Translations under genes and position numbers: made by a program
DNA from: Synechococcus elongatus PCC 6301
GTDB taxonomy: Bacteria; Cyanobacteriota; Cyanobacteriia; Synechococcales; Synechococcaceae
Reading direction: 5' to 3'
Assembly: GCF_000010065.1 (NCBI RefSeq)
Contig: NC_006576.1
Span: forward strand, 2,220,001 to 2,252,000
Length of the DNA: 32,000 nt
Part shown: in pieces, positions 1 through 10,267 of the stretch
Layout of the letters: every line of letters begins with the position of its first letter
Position numbering within the stretch: position 1 is the stretch's first letter
The notes under the pieces: model-generated
The model's database searches: none
What the model was told of the DNA's origin: nothing
Seen by the model: the letters and a program-made list of their open reading frames with translations, nothing else

Positions 1-415
1 AGAGCACATGACTCGCCTGCGCCACAATTTTGGGCACGACCCAGCGGAAATAGTAGGTCTGCCAAGAGTGCGATGGCAGTTGCAGGGGACGCAGATCATG
101 AACCATCACCACCGATCGGCAGTGGCGATCAATCGGGGCTTCGGGCGCCGGTGAAAATAACAGTCGACTACCCAGCCGGCGATAGAGTTTGGGAACTTGG
201 GTCTGGGTCCAATAGAGCCTAGCCAAGCGGGCTCTTCGCCCGCGATCGGAGCAGAGCCGCGAGGAAATGAGCTGATGGTCAAACCCCTCGTAGAGGCGAT
301 CGCTCAGGAGGGTGGGCTGCAGCGATCGCAGATAGGGCAACAAACTGAGGGCATAGGTACTGATCCCTGTGGGCTGGCGCAGCACCATTGCCAAATTGAC
401 TAACAGATTGCCCAC
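1..415 (-). CDS. Glycosyltransferase family 4-like protein, N-terminal part (truncated by window edge)
   Basis: Manual translation of the reverse complement gives an open frame from GTG at 415 (or ATG at 388) to base 1: ...NLLVNLAMVLRQPTGISTYALSLLPYLRSLQPTLL...VVMVHDLRPLQLPSHSWQTYYFRWVVPKIVAQASHVL. This resembles a GT4 N-terminus. It is missing from the ORF track, probably because it runs off the edge. Confidence 0.7.
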   Translation of the reverse strand, partial: MGNLLVNLAMVLRQPTGISTYALSLLPYLRSLQPTLLSDRLYEGFDHQLISSRLCSDRGRRARLARLYWTQTQVPKLYRRLGSRLLFSPAPEAPIDRHCRSVVMVHDLRPLQLPSHSWQTYYFRWVVPKIVAQASHVL

Positions 416-429
416 GATTGCGTCTGCAC

Positions 430-1173
430 CTAAGCCAATCCTATGAGTTTACGGCGCCCGAACTTCAGCCAATTGATCAGCCAATAAACACCACTGCGCC
501 ATCGGCCTAAATCCGGCTGGCGACGCTGGGCTTGGAAGGTCTCAGCAAAGACTCGGCTAATGCGGGTGTTGCTTAGCCCGCCCATGCTCAGGCAGAGGAT
601 GACTTGATTGGTGTGGACGGCCTTCAAGTCGGGCGGTAGCCGCAGGAGCCAGTCGTAGTCGCCACAGATGCGAAAGCGCTCATCAAACAGGCCAATACGA
701 TCAAACAGCGATCGCCGCATCAGCAGTCCCGGATGACTGAGGATCATCGACTCCCGCATCCGCTGCCAATCCCAGGCATAGCCCCAGGTGCGTAGAAATT
801 TCCCCTCGGGGCTGTAGTAGGCATTGCGCCCGCTCACCAAATCGGGCTGCCCCACAGTCAGCTCTAGCAGTTGTTGGAGAGCTGTGGGACTGGCGTAATA
901 ATCGTCTGCACCAACGAAGGCGACATAATCGCCACTGGCGCGGGCGATCGCTTTGTTCCAAGCGTGATAGATGCCACGATCGCGCTCACTTTCCCAGTAG
1001 GTCAGGCGATCGCTCCAGCCTTGCAGCAACTCAACCGTGCCATCGCTGGAGGCATTGTCAAAGACCAAGACTTCACAATCTGCCCGTACTGTTTGTTGTT
1101 CAATACTGTCGAGACAGCGGGCTAAGCCGATCGCATCGTTAAAGGTGGCGATGATCAAAGAGAGCTTGGGCAC
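430..1173 (-). CDS. Glycosyltransferase family 2
   Basis: 247 aa ORF; N-terminal MPKLSLIIATFNDAIGLARCLDSIEQQT and DYVAFVGADD motifs are typical of GT-A family 2. Confidence 0.9.
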   Translation of the reverse strand: MPKLSLIIATFNDAIGLARCLDSIEQQTVRADCEVLVFDNASSDGTVELLQGWSDRLTYWESERDRGIYHAWNKAIARASGDYVAFVGADDYYASPTALQQLLELTVGQPDLVSGRNAYYSPEGKFLRTWGYAWDWQRMRESMILSHPGLLMRRSLFDRIGLFDERFRICGDYDWLLRLPPDLKAVHTNQVILCLSMGGLSNTRISRVFAETFQAQRRQPDLGRWRSGVYWLINWLKFGRRKLIGLA

Positions 1174-1175
1174 GC

Positions 1176-2579
1176 CTAGTACGCATTGCGACTGAGGAAG
1201 CCTTTGAGCAGCGTCATGCCAATAATCTGCAGGTCAAAGGCAAGGGACCAGTTCTCAATGTAGTAGAGGTCGTACTCAATCCGCTTGCGTAGATCCGTGT
1301 CGCCGCGCAGCCCGTTCACCTGTGCCCAGCCAGTAATTCCTGCCTTGACCATGTGTTTCTTCATGTAGTCAGGGATTTCATCCTTGAACTGCTCGACAAA
1401 CAGCGATCGCTCGGGACGAGGACCGACGATCGACATCTCACCGCGCAAGACGTTAATAAACTGCGGCAACTCATCCAAACTAGTGCGCCGTAGGAAACTT
1501 CCCAGCGGTGTGGTGGGCTTGGCGTAGGCTTTGCCCCACTGCACCCCTTTTGCTTCTGAATTCACCGGCATCGACCGGAACTTGAGCATCATAAACGGCT
1601 GCCCATTCCAGCCAATTCGCTCCTGGCGATAGAAGATTGGGCCCGGTGAGGTCAGCCTGATGCCGATCGCGATCGCCAGCATGACTGGACTCGCTAGTAG
1701 CAGAATCATGCCTGCTAAGACCTTGTCCTCGATCGCCTTGATGAAGCGATTGGAGCCCATCATCGGTGAGGCGTTGAGGTCAATGAGTGGTACGCCCAAA
1801 ACTTCTGTGAAGCCGTGGTTGATCAGCCGGAAGCTAAAGACATCAGGTATTAGGCGGATTGTCACCGTGCTGTGGCGCAACAGATGCAAAATTTCTTGGA
1901 CGCGATCCTGTGCCCGTAAGGGCAAGGCTAACCAGACTTCATGGGCGTCAAAACGATCGATCCAAGTTTCAATCTGGTCAACCTGAGCCGTGATTGGAAT
2001 GCCGCGATAGTTTTGTCCCTCTAGCTCCGGGTTGTCGTCGAGGAACCCAACCACGCGCAGTCCGGTCCAACGAGCGGCCGCCAAGCGATCGGTCAGTACT
2101 TGCCCCAGGTCACCGGCCCCGACAATGAGGAGACGGCGTTCGTTCCAGCCCTTGTGGCGCATCATCTGTAAACCGGCCACCCAGAGCAGGCGAATCAGTC
2201 CAAAGCTGTAGAGACTGCCGATCGCCCAGGTCGTAAACCAGAGCCGCGAGAAGGAACTGCCGTAGTGCAGGGCAAAAATGATCGTGACGGTGGTAGCGAT
2301 CGTTAGACCCCAAGCGGCGGCGACCCGCAGCATCAGTGGAATCATCGATCGCCCGCGCCAGGAATCGTAGAGGTTAAACAGCGGGAAATAGATGGCCGCA
2401 GCGGGCAATGCTAGCAGCAGTGGCAGCAGGTAGCGAGCGTTGTCTTGGAAATAGCTGAACTCGAAGCGCAGCCGAAAAGCGATGACTGCATTGAGCACAA
2501 TCAGCAGCAAGTCGAGCGCAAGCTGCAGGTAAGGCAGTTGTCGCTCGTAGGGACGAATCCAAGACCGCTGGCTTGGCAT
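1176..2579 (-). CDS. Undecaprenyl-phosphate sugar phosphotransferase, WcaJ-like (exopolysaccharide biosynthesis)
   Basis: N-terminal transmembrane segments and C-terminal bacterial sugar transferase signature (SPGPIFYRQERIG...MLKFRSM...LRRTSLDELPQFINVLRGEMSIVGPRPE...GITGWAQVNGLRGDT). Start chosen at MPSQRS (2579), 2 nt after the upstream gene's stop. Confidence 0.9.
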   Translation of the reverse strand: MPSQRSWIRPYERQLPYLQLALDLLLIVLNAVIAFRLRFEFSYFQDNARYLLPLLLALPAAAIYFPLFNLYDSWRGRSMIPLMLRVAAAWGLTIATTVTIIFALHYGSSFSRLWFTTWAIGSLYSFGLIRLLWVAGLQMMRHKGWNERRLLIVGAGDLGQVLTDRLAAARWTGLRVVGFLDDNPELEGQNYRGIPITAQVDQIETWIDRFDAHEVWLALPLRAQDRVQEILHLLRHSTVTIRLIPDVFSFRLINHGFTEVLGVPLIDLNASPMMGSNRFIKAIEDKVLAGMILLLASPVMLAIAIGIRLTSPGPIFYRQERIGWNGQPFMMLKFRSMPVNSEAKGVQWGKAYAKPTTPLGSFLRRTSLDELPQFINVLRGEMSIVGPRPERSLFVEQFKDEIPDYMKKHMVKAGITGWAQVNGLRGDTDLRKRIEYDLYYIENWSLAFDLQIIGMTLLKGFLSRNAY

Positions 2580-2581
2580 AC

Positions 2582-3667
2582 CTAGAGCACCGACGTGAGG
2601 AAGCGCTGGAAGTTCGTTTTGAAGGTATCGCAATCAAAGCCCATGGCATGTTCTCGAATGGCCACTGGATCAAACTGTCCCTGTTGCACTTCAAACTGGG
2701 TGATCGCGTTCGTGAGCGCTTCAACGGTAGCGGACTGAAAGAAGAGGCCCGTCTCACCGGCTTTCACGGTTTCTAGCGCTCCACCATCGCCGTAGGCAAT
2801 CACTGGACGACCGCTGGCCATTGCTTCGAGGGGCACGATACCGAAGTCTTCAACCCCAGGGAACAGCAAGGCGCGGCATCGCTGGTAGTAGCTGGCGATC
2901 GCAGCATCGGACTGACGACCGAGAAACTGCACGGTGGGTCCTGCCAGTTTTTCCAGTCGCGATCGCTCTTCCCCATCTCCAATCACAATGAGTCGCTTCC
3001 CAAAGGCGGAACAGGCTGCGACCGCTAAATCAGCTCGCTTGTAAGGCACGAGCTGGCCGACGTAGAGGTAAAAGTCCTCTGGCTCACGGTCGGCGATCGC
3101 AAAGCGATCGGCATGGACGGGCGGATGCAAGACAGTCGCCTCACGGCGGTAATACTTGCGAATCCGCTGAGCAACAAAGCGAGAATTAGCCAAAAAATGA
3201 TCGACGCGCTGGGCTGTAGCCTGATCCCAAACCCGCAGCGGCGGCAACAGCAGATCCATGGCCCGGCGCTTGAACCAACCTGCTTGGCGACGATAGCTGG
3301 GCGCTAAGTCCCAGAGGTAGCGCATCGGGCTGTGGCAATAGCAAATATGGAGACTGTTCGGATCCGTGATCACGCCTTTGGCAGGGCCAGACTCACTACT
3401 GATCACCAGGTCATAGCCCCGCAAGTCAAATTGCTCGAGAGCAAAGGGCATCAGCGGCAGGTAGGTGGGATAGCGCCGTTGCGCCGCTGGTAAGCGTTGA
3501 ATGAAGCTGGTTTGGATGCGGTGACGTTGCAGCGTCGGGCTGAGACGATCGCGATCGCAGACATGGGTGAACAGGTCAGCTTCGGGAAAGAGATCGCAGA
3601 GTGCTTCCAAGACCCGTTCGCCGCCCCGCATTTGCACCAGCCAATAGTGAACGATCGCAACTCTCAT
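2582..3667 (-). CDS. Glycosyltransferase family 4 (mannosyltransferase-like)
   Basis: MRVAIVHYWLVQMRGGERVLEALCDLFPEADLFTH... and FLGRQSDAAIASYYQRCRALLFPGVEDFGIVPLEAMASGRPVIAYGDGGALETV; typical GT-B/GT4 motifs. Start at the internal Met at 3667. Confidence 0.88.
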   Translation of the reverse strand: MRVAIVHYWLVQMRGGERVLEALCDLFPEADLFTHVCDRDRLSPTLQRHRIQTSFIQRLPAAQRRYPTYLPLMPFALEQFDLRGYDLVISSESGPAKGVITDPNSLHICYCHSPMRYLWDLAPSYRRQAGWFKRRAMDLLLPPLRVWDQATAQRVDHFLANSRFVAQRIRKYYRREATVLHPPVHADRFAIADREPEDFYLYVGQLVPYKRADLAVAACSAFGKRLIVIGDGEERSRLEKLAGPTVQFLGRQSDAAIASYYQRCRALLFPGVEDFGIVPLEAMASGRPVIAYGDGGALETVKAGETGLFFQSATVEALTNAITQFEVQQGQFDPVAIREHAMGFDCDTFKTNFQRFLTSVL

Positions 3668-3771
3668 TACGGCTGGGTGGCGGCTCCATCGGCTGGTGAT
3701 CAACTGGGATCCACGATCGCAAATCCTTCTCTCACCGTACGCTGTTTGGGACAGACTCCTGCGATCGCCCG

Positions 3772-4644
3772 ATGCCTAGTCCTGTGACTGATCGATTTTG
3801 GTTGGGCTGTGCTGTGTGGGCCTATCGCAACTGGGTCGGTTCCTTCTATCCCCCAGGAACAGGTAGTGATGCATTCCTGCGCTGCTACGGCGAACGCCTG
3901 ACGGCGGTGGAAGGCAACACCACTTTCTACTCGATTCCCTCGACCGAAACTGTCCAACGCTGGCGTCAAGAAACGCCCGATCGCTTCCGCTTCTGTCTGA
4001 AGTTGCCGCGATCGCTCAGCCATGCCGGTCCCTTGGCCGCCCAAATTGAAGCCGCGGCGGCTTTCCGTCGGCAACTGCAACCCCTGGGTGATCGCCTCGG
4101 CCCTGCCTTTCTGCAACTGCCGCCCCGCTATGGTCCCGGTGCGATCGCCGATCTCTCCCAGTTTCTGGCTGCTTGGCCGGTAGTTCAATGGCCCTTGGCC
4201 GTTGAACCCCGTCATCCCGACTGGTTCCAGCCCCAGCCGCGTCAAGCGCTCAATCAATTGTTGCAACGCTATGGCTGTGGCCGAGTCCTGCTCGATACCC
4301 GTCCTGTTTATAACGGTGTAGATGATCCCCAAGTGACGAGTGATCGCCGCAAACCTCAGCTACCGCTGCATCCAGATGTGATCGGAGAGTACGCCTTAGT
4401 GCGCTTCATCAGCCATCCCGATCGCGATCGTAATCCGGCTTACCTCGCGGAATGGCAGGAGCGGATCCGCCACTGGCTCGCGCAGGGAATCACGGTCTAT
4501 TTCTTTGTCCACTGCCCCCAAGAAATTTACTCGCCTGCCACTGCGATCGCCTTCCAAGCGCAGCTAGAGAGGGCTGGGATCCCCATCCTGTCTCTCCCGA
4601 CTCCACCGGCTCCTGCCCAACAGCAGTTGAGCCTCTTCTCCTGA
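3772..4644 (+). CDS. DUF72 (YecE-like) domain protein
   Basis: FWLGCAVWAYRNWVGSFYPPGT...LTAVEGNTTFYSIPSTETVQRWRQETPDRFRFCLKLPRSLSH matches the DUF72 pattern. Confidence 0.85.
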   Translation: MPSPVTDRFWLGCAVWAYRNWVGSFYPPGTGSDAFLRCYGERLTAVEGNTTFYSIPSTETVQRWRQETPDRFRFCLKLPRSLSHAGPLAAQIEAAAAFRRQLQPLGDRLGPAFLQLPPRYGPGAIADLSQFLAAWPVVQWPLAVEPRHPDWFQPQPRQALNQLLQRYGCGRVLLDTRPVYNGVDDPQVTSDRRKPQLPLHPDVIGEYALVRFISHPDRDRNPAYLAEWQERIRHWLAQGITVYFFVHCPQEIYSPATAIAFQAQLERAGIPILSLPTPPAPAQQQLSLFS

Positions 4645-4808
4645 CACCCCAGGAAGCCATGCTGTCAGAAACCGCTTATGATGGGAACTGATAGAGCTGT
4701 CGGCTTTTATCGCGCGATTCGCATCTTTCAGCGAAATTGCTGTCGGTCTACCGCAGCTTTTGGAGGAGTGGGTAAGTGTTTGCCCGCTTTTTTTATTGAC
4801 AGTTAACC

Positions 4809-5270
4809 ATGGCTCATCCGCTTATTCCTGCCATTTTGGATCTGGCACGTCCCATTGCCGACGACCTCGACTTAGAGGTTGTCCAAGCGGTCTTTCACAC
4901 CAACCAAAGCCCCCCTATCCTCCGCCTCGATATTCGGAGCCGTGTCGGGGATACCGGTCTTGAAGATTGTGAGCGAATGAGCCGGAGTTTCGAACTAGCA
5001 CTTGATGAGGCCAACATCATTCCTGATGCCTACGTGCTGGAAATTTCTAGCCCTGGCCTCTCCGACACCCTTGAAAGCGATCGCGACTTTCTCTCCTTCA
5101 AAGGCTTTCCTGTCCAGGTGACCAGTCGCTCTCCCAACGACGACACTGTCGAGCAGCAAGGCACGCTCCTCGGTCGAGATGCAGATTCTGTCTATCTCAA
5201 TAAACGGGGACGGACCGTCCGGATTGCCCGCAGTCAGGTGCTGGAAGTCAAGCTGATTGAACAGCTTTAG
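4809..5270 (+). CDS. rimP: Ribosome maturation factor RimP
   Basis: 153 aa, LRLDIRS...GDTGLEDCERMSRSFELALDEANIIPDAYVLEISSPGLSDTLESDRDFLSFKGFPVQV; sits immediately upstream of nusA as in many bacteria. Confidence 0.92.
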   Translation: MAHPLIPAILDLARPIADDLDLEVVQAVFHTNQSPPILRLDIRSRVGDTGLEDCERMSRSFELALDEANIIPDAYVLEISSPGLSDTLESDRDFLSFKGFPVQVTSRSPNDDTVEQQGTLLGRDADSVYLNKRGRTVRIARSQVLEVKLIEQL

Positions 5271-5326
5271 CGATCGCCCCACAACGTTGCTTTTGTCCTT
5301 ACGCTCACTCCTTGGAGGCTCTCCCT

Positions 5327-6652
5327 ATGTCAATGGTCACCCTGCCCGGCCTAGAGCAGCTGATCTACGCCATTAGCGAGCAAAAAAAACTGCCCGCCAA
5401 TGTCATTGAAGAAGCCCTCAAAGAAGCCTTGCTCAAGGGCTACGAGCGCTATCGCCGTACCCAGCAGATGGGTGAGCAGTTTGAAGAAGACTACTTCGAC
5501 AACATTGACGTTGAACTCGATGTCGAACAGGAAGGCTTTCGGGTACTGGCAACCAAAACCATCGTCAATCAGGTCGAAAATCCTGACCATCAGATTGCCC
5601 TCGCCGATGTTCAGGAAGTGGCTCCAGATGCCCAAGCAGGCGAAATCGTCGTTCTAGATGTCACACCCGATAAAGACGACTTTGGGCGAATGGCGGCTAT
5701 TCAGACTAAGCAAGTCCTGTCGCAAAAACTGCGCGATCACCAGCGCAAACTGATCCAAGAAGAGTTCCAAGATCTAGAAGATCCGGTCTTGATGGCCAAG
5801 GTGCTGCGCTTCGAGCGCCAGTCTGTGATCTTGGGGGTCAGCAGTGGTTTAGGACGTCCTGAAGTCGAGGCAGAACTGCCCCGTCGCGAACAACTGCCCA
5901 ACGACAACTACCGGGCCAACGCCACCTTCCGCGTCTTCCTCAAGGAAGTCAGTGAAGAACCCCGTCGTGGACCGCAGTTGATTGTCTCTCGGGCTAACGC
6001 CGGTCTGGTTGTCTACTTGTTCGAAAACGAAGTTCCTGAAATCCAAGATGGTGTCGTCCGCATTGTGGCGGTAGCGCGGGAAGCGAATCCGCCGACTCGG
6101 CATGTTGGGCCGCGCACCAAAATCGCTGTCGATACCTTGGAACGCGAAGTCGATCCGGTTGGGGCTTGCATCGGGGCGCGGGGATCGCGGATTCAGGTGG
6201 TCGTCAACGAATTGCGGGGCGAAAAAATTGATGTGATCCGCTGGTCGCCGGATCCGGCCACCTATATTGCCAATGCCCTCAGCCCTGCCCGGGTTCAGGA
6301 AGTGCGCTTGGTCGATCCCGAAGGTCGGATCGCCCACGTTTTGGTCAACGACGACCAACTCAGTCTCGCGATCGGCAAAGAGGGTCAGAACGTGCGCCTC
6401 GCGGCTCGACTGACCGGCTGGAAAATCGACATCAAGGACGTGGCGCTCTACGACGCAGTCACGGAAGGTCAACGGATTTCTGAACTGATTCAAGAACGCC
6501 AAGAGCGGGCGGCGATTGCTGCCGAAGAAGAAGCCCGTGCTGCCGCCGAAGCTGCTGAACTGGCGGAATGGGAGGCGGAAGAGGCTGCTCTCGCAGCCGC
6601 TGAACCTGCGGCAGAACTCGCAGCTGCTGAAGCTGAGGAAGAGACTGTTTGA
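5327..6652 (+). CDS. nusA: Transcription termination/antitermination protein NusA
   Basis: S1 and KH domain motifs (GPRTKIAVDTLEREVDPVGACIGARGSRIQVVVNELRGEKIDVIRWSPDPATYIANALSPA). GGAGG precedes ATG at 5327. Glu/Ala-rich C-terminal tail. Confidence 0.95.
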   Translation: MSMVTLPGLEQLIYAISEQKKLPANVIEEALKEALLKGYERYRRTQQMGEQFEEDYFDNIDVELDVEQEGFRVLATKTIVNQVENPDHQIALADVQEVAPDAQAGEIVVLDVTPDKDDFGRMAAIQTKQVLSQKLRDHQRKLIQEEFQDLEDPVLMAKVLRFERQSVILGVSSGLGRPEVEAELPRREQLPNDNYRANATFRVFLKEVSEEPRRGPQLIVSRANAGLVVYLFENEVPEIQDGVVRIVAVAREANPPTRHVGPRTKIAVDTLEREVDPVGACIGARGSRIQVVVNELRGEKIDVIRWSPDPATYIANALSPARVQEVRLVDPEGRIAHVLVNDDQLSLAIGKEGQNVRLAARLTGWKIDIKDVALYDAVTEGQRISELIQERQERAAIAAEEEARAAAEAAELAEWEAEEAALAAAEPAAELAAAEAEEETV

Positions 6653-6942
6653 GTCGGCTGCCCCAAGGGTATCGACGCTGTATTGCTTGCCGGCGACTCG
6701 CTCACCGGCAGGAATTCTGGCGAGTTATTCGGCTGGCAAGTACCGGAGCGATCGCCCTCGATCAGGGTGAAGGGCGATCGGCCTATCTCTGTCCAACCGT
6801 GGCTTGCTTCAACCAGGGTCGCCGCAAAAATCGTCTGGGGCGAGCCCTGCGATCGGCGATTCCTGACTCCGTTTGGGTGGCCCTCGAAGCAAGGCTGAGT
6901 GTGACAATCTGCCCGAGCCTGTCAGAGGGCTCTGACGGATAG
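6649..6942 (+). CDS. ylxR: YlxR family protein (DUF448)
   Basis: RRCIACRRLAHRQEFWRVIRL motif; lies between nusA and infB; TTG start overlaps the nusA stop by 4 nt (TTGA). Confidence 0.8.
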   Translation: MSRLPQGYRRCIACRRLAHRQEFWRVIRLASTGAIALDQGEGRSAYLCPTVACFNQGRRKNRLGRALRSAIPDSVWVALEARLSVTICPSLSEGSDG

Positions 6943-7092
6943 CTCGATTTTTGAGGCAAGATGAAAAGAGGTGCCGACCCAGCGCCCATCGATGATGGCG
7001 CTAAAGCAAGCCTGACTGAACAATTGCCCTTGTTGACTCAGGCCCTCCTGCACCTTTTCAACCGCGATTGCAGACAACGGGAATCGAACTGA

Positions 7093-10000
7093 ATGAACAA
7101 TGGCAAGGTCAGAATTTACGAACTGTCGAAGGAGTTAAACCTCGACAACAAGGATGTGCTGGCCGTCTGCGATCGGTTGGAAATTCCCTATAAGAGCTAC
7201 AGCAGTACGCTCAGTGAAGAGCAAGTCGTCCAAGTGCGCCAAGTTTTAGCTGGGGCGGCCCCATCAGAACCCGTGGCAGCGGCCTCTGCCGCTGATTCGC
7301 CCAAGGCAGAGCGCAAGCAGGAAATCGTGTCAGTTCGTCGCCCGACTCCCCAAGCAGCCGGCGGTGCTAAGCCGGAAATCGTGGGTCGTCCCACAGCGTC
7401 CGAGAAGCCTCAAGCGGAGCGCCCCAACATCGTGGCGCCGCCCCGTCGTCCGGCTGCTGCGAATGAGCCTGCCAAGGCACCCATCAAGCCTGCGCGTCCT
7501 GAAAAATCGGCTGAGAAGCCTGAAATTGTTACGCCTCGCCCCCCCGCTCCAGCCGCCAGTGCTGAGCCTGCCAAATCTCCGAGTCGTCCAGCGCCAGCTG
7601 CCACGCCGCGCCCGGTTGCCGAAACCAAGAAGCCAAAACCAGCAGCAGCCGAGCTTCTGCGCAAGCCAGAAATCGTGCGGCGCAGCGAGGCAAAACCGGA
7701 GCGCACCAGTGAAGCTCCAACGCCACGACCCAAAATTGAGCGTCGACCGGAGCAAACGGGTCCAGCAAGACCGCAGCTCGGTCAGCCAGTGGCTGGCAAT
7801 GGCGTTAGTAAGCCTGCTAAGCCAGTCAAGCCGATTGAATTGGTTGCGCCGCCCTCACGTCCCAAAGTGGCTGCTAGTGCCAGCGGAGTGCCTGCCGCTG
7901 CCTCGCGGGTTCTGCCCAATAAGCCCCAGAAGCCCACAGCTCCCGGCGGCCCAGAGCTGAAGCAACGGCCCAAACCAGCAGCTCCTGCCAGCGGAGAAGA
8001 CTTAGCGGCCACAGTGGATGTCTTCCAACCGGTACCGCCGTTGGAACTGCGTCGGCCGACAGCCCCAGCGCGTCCGGCTCGTCCCCGCAAAGGGTGGGAG
8101 GAAGAGGAAGACGAACGGGCAGCAGCGAACCGTAAGGCCGGTAACAAAGCGGCTGCGAAGGCGAAGCGTCGTCAGCTCATTCAAGATGATGACGATGATG
8201 ATTTGCTGACGGCTGAGCAGGAGCTAGCAGCGGCGGACGCTTTGAACTTGGCGATGTCCTTGGCACGTCCGAGCAAGCCCAAAGTTCCTCAGGCCAAGCC
8301 AGCCGTCGCCGTGATGCCCACCAAAGGGCGGAAGCCTCGGCGGGAGTCGGCCCGTGAGCGGCAGCATCGTCGTCGGATGGAGCGGGAGCAAAAGCCAGTC
8401 CGTCCTGAGCTAATCAGTCTGCGATCGAGCATGACGGTGCAAGAGTTAGCGCAGCTGATGGTGGTGCCCGAAACAGACATCATCAAGTCCCTGTTCTTCA
8501 AGGGCATTGCAGCGACGGTGACTCAATCGCTGGATGTCGCCACGATTGAACAAGTGGCTGAAGAATTCGGCATTCTTGTGGAGCAAGAGACTGAGGAGTC
8601 CGGGGCTCGCAAAACGACCCAGATGGTTGAAGATGCCGACGCTGAAAGTCTACAGACTCTCCCGCCTGTCGTTACGGCTATGGGTCACGTGGACCACGGT
8701 AAAACCACTCTGCTTGATGCGATCCGGAAAACTCGGGTTGCTGCAGGTGAAGCTGGGGGCATTACCCAGCACATCGGTGCCTATCACGTTGATGTGGAAC
8801 ACAACGGCGATCAACATCAGATCGTCTTCTTGGATACGCCGGGCCACGAAGCCTTCACGGCCATGCGGGCACGGGGTGCTCGGGTCACCGACATTGCCAT
8901 TTTGGTGGTAGCCGCTGATGATGGCGTCCGGCCTCAAACCCTAGAAGCCATCAGCCACGCCAAAGCGGCGGAAGTGCCCCTAATTGTCGCAATCAACAAG
9001 TGTGACAAGGAAGAAGCGCAGCCCGATCGCGTCAAACAAGAGCTGACGGAATACGGTTTGGTTCCGGAAGAGTGGGGTGGTGAAACGGTCATGGTGCCGG
9101 TCAGCGCCATCAAAGGCGAAAACATCGACCAGCTGCTGGAAATGATCCTGCTGGTGACTGAGGTTGAAGAACTGGTCGCCAACCCCGATCGCGCAGCGCG
9201 GGGCACAGTGATCGAAGCTCACCTTGACAAAGCTCGGGGGCCGGTGGCGACCCTCTTGGTCCAAAACGGCACCCTGCGCGTCGGTGATGTGCTCGTTGCT
9301 GGCTCTGTCCTCGGCAAAGTGCGAGCCATGGTTGATGATCGCGGCGATCGCGTCGAAGCGGCAACCCCATCCTTCGCCGTTGAGGTGCTGGGGCTCGGCG
9401 ACGTGCCGGCTGCAGGCGATGAGTTTGAAGTCTACAGCGACGAGAAAAGTGCTCGGGCCGTGGCCACTAGCCGTGCTGACGAGCAACGTCAGTCTCGCCT
9501 CCAGCAGGCGATGGCTTCGCGCCGAGTCTCCCTGGGTACTGTGTCGGCGCAGGCTCAAGAAGGCGAGCTGAAGGAACTCAACCTAATTCTCAAGGCCGAC
9601 GTTCAAGGTTCCGTGGAAGCCATCCTTGGCTCCTTAGAGCAACTACCGCAGAAGCAAGTCCAAGTGCGTGTTCTCTTGGCAGCACCGGGTGAAATCACTG
9701 AAACAGACGTCGACTTAGCGGCTGCTTCTGGTGCAGTGATCGTTGGCTTCAACACGACGCTGGCCAGCGGTGCGAAGCGGGCTGCCGATGAAGCGGGTGT
9801 GGATGTTCGGGACTACGACATCATCTACAAGCTGCTAGAAGATATCCAAGCGGCAATGGAAGGTCTGCTCGAACCCGAATTGGTCGAGGAGCCCCTGGGG
9901 CAAGTCGAGGTGCGAGCCGTCTTCTCGATTGGTCGCGGTGCTGTGGCTGGTTGCTATGTCCAGTCGGGCAAGGCGATTCGCAACTGCAACATTCGCGTCC

Positions 10001-10185
10001 GGCGCGGTTCCAACTTGGTCTACACCGGTACCTTGGATTCGCTGAAGCGGATGAAGGAAGACGTGAAGGAAGTCAACTCCGGCTACGAATGTGGGATTGG
10101 CCTCGACAGCTTCAGTGCTTGGCAAGAAGGTGACATCATCGAGACCTATCGAATGGTCACCAAGCGCCGCACCTTGGAAGTGTAG
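7093..10185 (+). CDS. infB: Translation initiation factor IF-2
   Basis: 1030 aa with G1-G4 GTPase motifs ([34 protein letters not shown]). N-terminal IF2_N-like [29 protein letters not shown] followed by a long Ala/Pro/Lys-rich linker. Confidence 0.98.
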
Positions 10186-10267
10186 ACACGTTGGCGATCG
10201 CGGCGGCAATTCTTGCTTACCCGCGATCGCTCTGAATTTCTGCCCTGCGTTGAATAGTGAGCTACCG

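Noticed and set aside
3700-4332. 210 aa minus-strand ORF opposite the DUF72 gene
   Set aside because: The + strand ORF has clear family motifs; the antisense translation has none.
5849-6502. 217 aa minus-strand ORF antisense to nusA
   Set aside because: Lies wholly within nusA on the other strand; no recognisable motif; typical shadow ORF in GC-rich coding DNA.
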